Shown: piece after piece, positions 27,301 through 32,780 of the stretch
Numbering within the stretch: the first letter of the stretch is position 1
How the letters are laid out: the number at the start of each line of letters is the position of its first letter
Source of the DNA: a virus
Taxonomy: Duplodnaviria > Caudoviricetes
IMG/VR virus record: IMGVR_UViG_3300005067_000004
Location: 1-32,780 of that record
Length of the DNA stretch: 32,780 bases
Direction: 5' to 3' (one strand)
Notes under the pieces: generated by a model
Told to the model about the DNA's origin: nothing
The model's database searches: none
The model's input: only the letters and a program-made list of their open reading frames with translations
Program-made: the position numbers and the translations under genes

Positions 27301-28081
27301 TGTAGTAACCGCATCTGAAGCACAGAGAAAAGCAACAGATATGGTAACAACTGCAAGAGAACGTGAAAAGCAGATGATCAAGGAATTAAAATCTGCTTAT
27401 GAAGAACAGCATAAAACAGTCCAGAAACAGATAGCATCTGCTAAAAAAGAAGTTGATCTATACCGTGAAACTATTGCTGACTTGCAAAAAGAGCTTCATG
27501 AGAAAATGAGGCTTGATATTGATTCTAATATTAATGAAGAGATTGGCAAAGTAAATGAGCTTGATAGAAAACTCACAAAGCTTGTCAAAGATCACGATGG
27601 AAAGACAATTAAGATTAATGTTGATGTAGATGATATTCCACAAAGCAGGAAGAAAGGCGGGATGATCAATCAGCTCTGGAGCAATCTTAAATTGAACAGA
27701 GGTAGAAAGCTTCCTGGATATGGGGGTGGAGATATTGTCAAAGCATTGCTTGAGCCTGGTGAGTTTGTGGTGCGTAAAGAAGCGGTAAAGAAATATGGGG
27801 CTTCTTTCTTCTATGCACTTAATCAGATGAGGGTGAATGCTTCTGAGGCGCTTGGTTCATTCAAAGCAAGATTAGGGGCTTCAGTTCCTAAACCCCAACG
27901 TATTCCACAAATTCCAAGACAACGTTTTCAAACAGGTGGATTTGCGCAGGCAATTCCTAATTTAGGAAGTTTGAATCTCATTATTGATAATAAAGATATT
28001 GGGCAAATTTACGCTGAGCCTGATGTTTTGCAGACTTTAAATAAACAGCTTCAACGTAAGAATAGATTAAGGAGCCAGTAA
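21338..28081 (+). CDS. Tail tape measure protein (2247 aa)
   Basis: TP901-like core ('ARSTKFAATEIAEG...LGQAG', 'GIRASTMGTGLR'); long coiled coils; C-terminal 'GYGGGD.V.ALLEPGEFVVRKEAV'. Confidence 0.95.
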   Translation: MAGQGGLFIKILGGVSEELLSGLATLSDQLKKLSETAKKTKNIEFGNGIAEIGQQVEATSARIGAGLKKIEQFVNSYGDAMASAIDKQDEAAKRAAASTGESFGKIRKDIQDTYGEKQRKLIEQIQQRMEKFGDLSEVDMPTSQTQLKEFAKQIHDLYSSLQDVGAIDESSQTLEEFANKIDYAAVASKRVTKEIKATGDGFRAFSDDARKALGLTKEQNDALAKFKGPTIFEKKLEELRKEQEAGSADAKEYANALQFLAQRFGKSDKEATQYIKVLDNVRQNVERLSAEAKAMGFPNIAENIQKIKPATAVLRALDGSLKLTKNNMELVTDESKKMFKGLSTSEINELINTLDLMPKKAAEIRKVADSFTYSDAEAEQFQKELQALYKELDRISKKDIKLLEGADLKVFEKDINAARSGINKFGGALKVLEGQEGFTQLRTDIERVDIAVKEHRKSLADAAAEQKRYEKEQELTQQTLRDVEKSLRSLSEAELKTFDVEDTRRWKRELERTESTLDNIRKKVPDEEFERLKNNISDLRREADKYATTMRKAAQQMDTKGQEQAMMNLAKQYGDSTSRINRYKKAVRDTVELEQRRMDQIMNKIDRLRSEKKQTEAVTKEIRRLALEYDRLANEEDLSRRVKDRYEEQVKGVSRAHSKLTKELKLSGKEMGFVANQIDHVSRRIKQFGAFVAAAFVVRQIQFFFRELITLIAEYDQALHNLRAIMEITVSQSALLGEVIKDVARSTKFAATEIAEGIQTLGQAGLSMQESMSAVQGIADLATGTLTDFSSVSELVTTTLRSFNLAATETTRIADIFANAINNSKLTVDKLNTAFNYIGAAGKQAGLTLNQLTGTLMNLADNGIRASTMGTGLRRVITKMLAPSDEFSAKLKEMGVHLNELNPSIVGWQSALERVAPALWDSYRGTVDMGKAVEYFGVRAAQVAAILIRNVSDGSMALENAIEKTFQYGSASKMAETQVEGLALKIKNMKDRAGLAVIALGEAGLTAVLKDLIDGLRGASEGIETFVKNWPTAGQFVGTASSVALVTAVISGLIPILSRAKAAWKGLWAIHSTFFAAITGSTVAVTAFIIGLEKIIDRHARAARAAGENAEQHQALAEAMQEWNKSFEEAFQTREWENVIKRFEEVTIAGENLAEMLEERLGYAIENIPQTAEGLRTLTDTFTQISNAQIGKQVEDSIEQIIASQNHLIQNVNLLGEVLPEEYKKLEDVPGSFWTGFLKALDPSGAGAIYKLFAAETEEMVAQYEEGVMRMAKAVQSYASINDKTLEGVLKTSSGVVKRLEEQFGEGSVAAEKFREVMARRWLGPATSEIDAFAIKIIRVKDAMKNHNLTLEEAKERLEDYNIEWNNAEDPTATMDNAYNKIISKKDELLEVYKDIISGQKTFADAERFVREEMDLSEKQTEKYIARLKRLQKSVAGEVTPAFSDFLNLIKEVAPEAVSEIEKMSDEGKAHFLKFKAEFMSAGEELREMYEGLFGGVRLEKVSSKFSRAEIQRRLAGYDAQSAEEALQQIEDVKRKVLVEGLHETRREAEEEIMSMQEKLIEASSSLSLDSAVAEMDRVLEKRLSDINTYYDQLLQIHHTANAKQADLAKDTAQEQITIVRDQSGSIVAAYNELTDNVISQKEREKEKIVHLTDQELLYMQNSFNESMSIDTAGVISDLRKIYDEADSINKSYSFEQFVDQWKLTSKEILSINKKMGHQIETDEKELVNKVLGEINRSTQSFENASAKRVNIKKDENGKIISWEQKLGNDLISAHRDTQTGLLRITSTRIAEEKKQIKTLADIEEEGFQARKEAIANYQADRLQTVKDIAEAEKKQWRDSYFDMVSREGTLFEDRDRLKKEYTKKAIETEEEYKKETIKVYEDVKKKWESILDDRYDKAKEIQEKIIDLERDLRDFQKDTQDILRDMRRDHMTDEEKYYDDLKKYQELMSEASVATEAGRYEEARDLYKEATQLARGLNKEVQEGERTVVTASEAQRKATDMVTTAREREKQMIKELKSAYEEQHKTVQKQIASAKKEVDLYRETIADLQKELHEKMRLDIDSNINEEIGKVNELDRKLTKLVKDHDGKTIKINVDVDDIPQSRKKGGMINQLWSNLKLNRGRKLPGYGGGDIVKALLEPGEFVVRKEAVKKYGASFFYALNQMRVNASEALGSFKARLGASVPKPQRIPQIPRQRFQTGGFAQAIPNLGSLNLIIDNKDIGQIYAEPDVLQTLNKQLQRKNRLRSQ

Positions 28082-28082
28082 C

Positions 28083-28463
28083 ATGAGTTCTCTTAATGGA
28101 ATAGACTTAGGATCTGATATTTACATCGAAAATGAGCACAGTATATCGCGAGTACAGTCTGTGATGGTACGCGCAAAGGAGGGTGTTCCATTGATTTGGG
28201 AACAAAGTATGCCTTCTCCTGAATTTGATCTTGTGGGGCAATCTAATAGAGGTGTTCTAAGAAAGGAGGTGATGGATCAGTTACAGGCTTTAGCGAATAC
28301 ACCAAACTCACAATATACTTTGGTGTATAATGGAGAAACAAAGACAGTTTGTTTTCGTAATTGGGAGGGCGAGGTGATTACAGGAACACCGATCGGCCCA
28401 CGCGAAGTTATGTCAAATACCGATTTTTATACCAATGTAAGAATTAAGTTAATGGAGGTTTAA
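28083..28463 (+). CDS. Probable distal tail protein (126 aa)
   Basis: Immediately after the tape measure; 'LNGIDL...IKLMEV'. Confidence 0.6.
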   Translation: MSSLNGIDLGSDIYIENEHSISRVQSVMVRAKEGVPLIWEQSMPSPEFDLVGQSNRGVLRKEVMDQLQALANTPNSQYTLVYNGETKTVCFRNWEGEVITGTPIGPREVMSNTDFYTNVRIKLMEV

Positions 28464-28466
28464 AAA

Positions 28467-29921
28467 ATGACTGTATCATCTACTGATATCAAGTATAGAA
28501 AATCTGTTGTTCAAACAGATACAGCTACTAATGGGGGAAGATTAGGAACAACTCTTGTCGTTTCTGGTGCACGTCATGCTCTATTTCCACGTGTGACAAA
28601 ATCACAAAGAGAGAATGGTATTATTCGTTACCGTAAAGAGTTTTATTGCAATGAGAATGCAGATGATGAAACTGCTTATGGTGTTCTTATTTATTTGATG
28701 CGTCCAAGTACTGCGGAAGATCGTTTCTATCTCGCAAAAGGAACGCATACTGATGTGCAATCTCAGTTTGCGAGAAAGACAGATGTAAGCACATATGCAA
28801 GTACACGCTATGCAAGAGTATGGACAGGAGCAGGACAACTTCAAACGGCACTTAGTGGGGGTGAAGAAGAAGTTGCGCTTACAATGGAAAACAACGACTT
28901 TCAGTTTCCTAATGGAGGTTATCTACAAATAGCAAATAATACCATGACATCACAGACTATTGATTCTGATGTCAGTATTGGAGACTCTGTAACATATTCT
29001 TCAGGCTCATGGTCAAAGATTAGTCATACGGATGATATTACATATCCAAATGGATGGTGTGCTGCTTCTGATGAAGTTATTTCTATACAGGATTCTACAA
29101 ATCAGGAATTTCTCCAGATCGCAGACAATCATTATTCTGGAGAGGTGATTGGAACAGGTGATGGAGCAGATACAGCTCCTACATTAAGTACATTAACACA
29201 TCACACAAATGGCATTTGTAGACAACCCACGAAGCTTCCTGTTATTACGGCTACGTGTGGAAGCACTACCCGTACAGTAAATGTAGCAGCGGATGGCTCT
29301 TGCTCTGGATATTGTTCTGCTGGACAATTAAATATGGAAACTGGTGCATTTACTACTCCTATCACATGGACAACTGCCCCTGACAATTTAACGGATATCG
29401 AAGCGGATTATCGTGAGAATGCGTTTAGCTATTCAGGTAATGTAGTTACTATAGAACTTGCAGAACAAGTCGCTAATGCGTACACCACAGCAACTACATA
29501 CGGATCTGGTTGTTTGTATGAAGATGAGGTTGCATGTGAATTCGATTCTTGGACAGAAACATCTTCGTCTGGAACATATGATGAATCTACATATCCATTA
29601 ACGCTGTATAATGATGGAACTGTACGTGAAGATTGGACATTAACGTTTACAGGATCTTCCACTTTCAGTGTCTCTGGAGGGTACTATGGAACAATAGGGA
29701 CTGGTTCTATTGGAAGTAATTTCTCTCCTACAAATCCAAACACGGGGCAGCCATATTTCACATTATCTTCTTCTGGATTTGGTGGAACATGGGCTGAGAA
29801 TGATACAATTCAGTTTTCTACCTATCCCTCTGCTGTTCCTATTTTGCTTGAAGAAGAGGTTCCTGCTGGAACTACACAGGAGCCTAATAACCTGTTGCCC
29901 TTAGGGAGTTACACAGAGTAA
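28467..29921 (+). CDS. Tail protein (484 aa)
   Basis: 'DIKYRKS...NGGR...LFPRV...RYRKEF' N-terminus; Thr/Ser/Gly-rich beta composition. Confidence 0.7.
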   Translation: MTVSSTDIKYRKSVVQTDTATNGGRLGTTLVVSGARHALFPRVTKSQRENGIIRYRKEFYCNENADDETAYGVLIYLMRPSTAEDRFYLAKGTHTDVQSQFARKTDVSTYASTRYARVWTGAGQLQTALSGGEEEVALTMENNDFQFPNGGYLQIANNTMTSQTIDSDVSIGDSVTYSSGSWSKISHTDDITYPNGWCAASDEVISIQDSTNQEFLQIADNHYSGEVIGTGDGADTAPTLSTLTHHTNGICRQPTKLPVITATCGSTTRTVNVAADGSCSGYCSAGQLNMETGAFTTPITWTTAPDNLTDIEADYRENAFSYSGNVVTIELAEQVANAYTTATTYGSGCLYEDEVACEFDSWTETSSSGTYDESTYPLTLYNDGTVREDWTLTFTGSSTFSVSGGYYGTIGTGSIGSNFSPTNPNTGQPYFTLSSSGFGGTWAENDTIQFSTYPSAVPILLEEEVPAGTTQEPNNLLPLGSYTE

Positions 29922-32780
29922 TGTCTACTATACAGAATTTTATCTGTAATAAATTTTTGCCAGCAGTTACATACACAAAAGGCAAAAGCAGTAATGCAAT
30001 TTCTGTTTCAGATGGAACTGTTAGTGTAAAAATAATTCCAGATCAATGCACAATTCCAGTAGATAGAGTAACGGTACATGCTAAGGTTGTTTCTGAAACG
30101 AATTCTGCTTTAGCATGTGCCTTAAACAATGGCTTGTTTGGTGATTATTTTTTAAGCTGGTCACGAAATGTCGTAGTGACAGAGTTACCGAATGATGCTG
30201 AAACTGTGGTAAGAGATGGCTTTATTACTATTGTATTTAACAAACCTGATTCCCCTTGTTTTTATGCAGGTTTGATATTGTACAGTATCAAAAACAATCC
30301 TTTTGCAGGAAGAAATATTTATATAAGTTATCCTACATACTCCGGAGGGGAAATTCCTGAAAGCGGAAGTAAGGAACTTTTCTATTCTATTGATCCGTTT
30401 GAAAGTATTACAACCCGTCCTTCTTTTGTTCCTGGAGAATTATTGCAGCTTCTTTGGCGACTAAGAGTGGGTGGACAAATATATTCACAGCCTGTATCAG
30501 GTAAATATTATGCAACTCCTCTTTTTACTGGAGGAACAGTTACAAGCATTAACACCATTGCAGATGTTGTTGTTTCATATACTGTTGATATGCAAGGAGA
30601 TGAAACGGTTTGTGCTGCAACTGATTTTGCAGAATATCAAGTAGGAGATTGGGTTTTTATTCTTAAACAAGGCGCAAGCGAAGCATCGACATGTAATAGA
30701 AATACAAACTATGATGATGATTCCGCTGAAATAGATGCTGTTGTTCAGGATAAAGAATTTAAACCGAATAGTGTCTCCCTAATGCAAGCTATAAATACTG
30801 TTAGAAGTGCAGCAGGTGTTTCAGAATGTACTATGAATTATGATTTATGCAAGGCAGCAAGATCAATTGCACGTAATTTAGCTCAAAATAGTAGCTATGA
30901 ATATTCAACAATATCTGAAGTAAAGTCTTCTGGATATTTTTATGGGATGGAAGACGATGCAACTAATTATGGAGCTGTATCCTTTTCATTTTATTCAGGG
31001 AATATCTCAATTAGTCAGGCAATTACTTCATGGGTAAACGAAAATGGGGTTGAATTACGTGATTCCTCTTATACGGATGTTGGCGCGTACATTTTTCCTG
31101 TGCTGTATGATTTTTACGATACTGAGGGAATGACGGAAGATGAGATTTCAGAATTAAGTATTATGTGGTATGTGTCTGTAGCTGTCTTAGCATATCGGGA
31201 GGGAGAAAAACCCCCCATTCCAAATCCTGATTTTAAAATAATACCTATCTCAGTTAATGGTGAAGGAAATGAGTTAGGGGCGTATGATACGTTAAATTAC
31301 TATACAAATAACGGTTTGGCATTTAAAGATTTTTTTGAGATGAGTTTGCACATTGGTACTATTGTATCAGTGAATCATTTTGATGCAACAGCAGTGATTA
31401 CTATTGAAGAGGAAAATGGTGTATCTGGTACATTTAATAACGTCCCAATCTATTATCATTGTGAAGGTAAATCTACATTTGATCAATGGGCGTCTGCTTT
31501 TGAGGAAGAAGACCAAGTTCTTGTATTAAATCCAGGTGGATTCATAGACCCCAATAACCCCTCATGGGCAACTGCTTCTAATTTGTGCATTGTTGGATTT
31601 GCTGATCAAAGAAAGCCTTGTGGTAAAAAAAGCGTATTAATTTCCACACAATCTGGCAGTGAGGCTTTTGTTTTTGATTTAGAAACAAACAGTATTTTAG
31701 TGGAAAAAACAGATCGCGCTTCAGCAATATCACAGTTAAATGCTATGGGATTTAGTGGTCTACTTTCAACCGGAGTATCTGGAACAGCTACCTTTGATCT
31801 TGAGTATGATCTTGAGCCGGGGGGGAGTTGGTCTTATAAAGGAGCATACACTCTACCTAAATTAGGGGATTACGTTGATTTGTATCCCGGGGATGACCAT
31901 CATGGAGATACAGATGCTCATGTTTACTCTCAATACTTTCCATATAATCTTGATGATAGTTATACATATAAATGGATAGAGAATGAAGATGGAGAAACCA
32001 GAGCCCCATACCTTATTATGATACATGGTATTGGTACTCCAGCAGTTTTTAAATCTGATTGGTCTATTTTAACATGTGATCCTGAGCGTTGGGAAGATTA
32101 CAATGATGGAGAATGGCTATCTCGTGATTACATAGAATGGACTCAATTATTTTACCACAGTATTTTTTTTGATGATGTTTTGCAGGACCATCAAGCTAAT
32201 TGGTATAATTGTGTGACATGGTATGAAAAGCTTTATGATTCATGGGCAGATTGTGATTGGTGGTGCTCGCCTGGAGCGCCCATGGATGATCTTCCATACG
32301 AATATGATACTCAGGTTTTAGGAATACCAAAAAATGTCTTAGAAATCTGGTCCTATGCGCAAGGCTCTGCTCAGCCTACTTATCGCGGTCCTGTGCCATC
32401 TATTGCAGCAGTCTGGGCAGATGTGGGTAAAGCTGAAAATGAAAACTGTTCTTTGATATATGAGAGTGTGCGGATAGCTGCGGATGTTAAAGTTACTTTA
32501 GGAGACAATCCTTCAATTGACACTATCTATACGGATAACGATGATCGGTTTCCAAAAGCACCTGATCCAACAGAAACTAAAAAATTTCGTTTACCTGTAT
32601 TTCGTATATACGCAAAAGTTAAGAATGTTTTACCAACGCAGTTAGATATTTTATATGAACTAATAAATACAGAAAGGTCTGATCGGGGGCTGTCTCGATT
32701 GGAACTAAATATTACTTTAGTTAATATTGCTGAATATTTAGCACAAGATGCTGCTGGACAACTTAAATTAACTGGGATGA
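29921..32780 (+). CDS. Large tail-tip protein, 3' truncated (>950 aa), with OB-fold-like and CAP/SCP-like segments
   Basis: TAATG overlap at 29919-29923; hand translation MSTIQNFICNKFLPAVTY... shows no stop before the window end, which explains its absence from the track. Confidence 0.85.
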   Translation, partial: MSTIQNFICNKFLPAVTYTKGKSSNAISVSDGTVSVKIIPDQCTIPVDRVTVHAKVVSETNSALACALNNGLFGDYFLSWSRNVVVTELPNDAETVVRDGFITIVFNKPDSPCFYAGLILYSIKNNPFAGRNIYISYPTYSGGEIPESGSKELFYSIDPFESITTRPSFVPGELLQLLWRLRVGGQIYSQPVSGKYYATPLFTGGTVTSINTIADVVVSYTVDMQGDETVCAATDFAEYQVGDWVFILKQGASEASTCNRNTNYDDDSAEIDAVVQDKEFKPNSVSLMQAINTVRSAAGVSECTMNYDLCKAARSIARNLAQNSSYEYSTISEVKSSGYFYGMEDDATNYGAVSFSFYSGNISISQAITSWVNENGVELRDSSYTDVGAYIFPVLYDFYDTEGMTEDEISELSIMWYVSVAVLAYREGEKPPIPNPDFKIIPISVNGEGNELGAYDTLNYYTNNGLAFKDFFEMSLHIGTIVSVNHFDATAVITIEEENGVSGTFNNVPIYYHCEGKSTFDQWASAFEEEDQVLVLNPGGFIDPNNPSWATASNLCIVGFADQRKPCGKKSVLISTQSGSEAFVFDLETNSILVEKTDRASAISQLNAMGFSGLLSTGVSGTATFDLEYDLEPGGSWSYKGAYTLPKLGDYVDLYPGDDHHGDTDAHVYSQYFPYNLDDSYTYKWIENEDGETRAPYLIMIHGIGTPAVFKSDWSILTCDPERWEDYNDGEWLSRDYIEWTQLFYHSIFFDDVLQDHQANWYNCVTWYEKLYDSWADCDWWCSPGAPMDDLPYEYDTQVLGIPKNVLEIWSYAQGSAQPTYRGPVPSIAAVWADVGKAENENCSLIYESVRIAADVKVTLGDNPSIDTIYTDNDDRFPKAPDPTETKKFRLPVFRIYAKVKNVLPTQLDILYELINTERSDRGLSRLELNITLVNIAEYLAQDAAGQLKLTGM

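Noticed and set aside
1224-29904. Minus-strand and alternative-frame ORFs in the track (e.g. 5630..6172, 7673..8260, 18827..19456, 25417..26100)
   Set aside because: They lie largely within well-supported + strand genes and look like shadows of biased codon usage.
1-32780. CRISPR array, tRNA/rRNA genes, integrase, tail sheath
   Set aside because: None seen; intergenic spaces are short and lack such repeats or folds, so prophage versus free phage cannot be decided here.

Overview
A 32.8-kb, AT-rich segment of a tailed dsDNA phage (Caudoviricetes). It is probably a siphovirus, since there is a tail tube and a 2247-aa tape measure but no sheath. Every credible gene is on the + strand. Order: small ORF, probable small terminase, large terminase, portal, prohead protease with nested scaffold, decoration protein, lambda-gpE-like major capsid protein, head accessory genes, a GC-richer mosaic island (about 9.8-13.3 kb), a lysis/membrane cassette, neck genes, a Com-like zinc finger, tail tube, a free-standing HNH endonuclease, tail chaperones joined by a -1 frameshift, tape measure, two tail proteins, and a >950-aa tail-tip ORF that is missing from the ORF track and runs off the window. 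The island encodes a fibre/adhesin, a CBM5/12-like protein and a papain-fold protein. The most unusual signals are: (1) polarised cassettes in the island, with C/A-ending codons on the left and G/T-ending codons on the right, some bounded by 11-bp direct repeats; (2) a hidden N-terminal domain of the prohead protease reachable only by a +1 slip at ATG-CCC-C; (3) CAP/SCP-like domains in the tail-tip protein. Products are assigned from motifs and synteny by eye, with no database search. All counts are hand counts.
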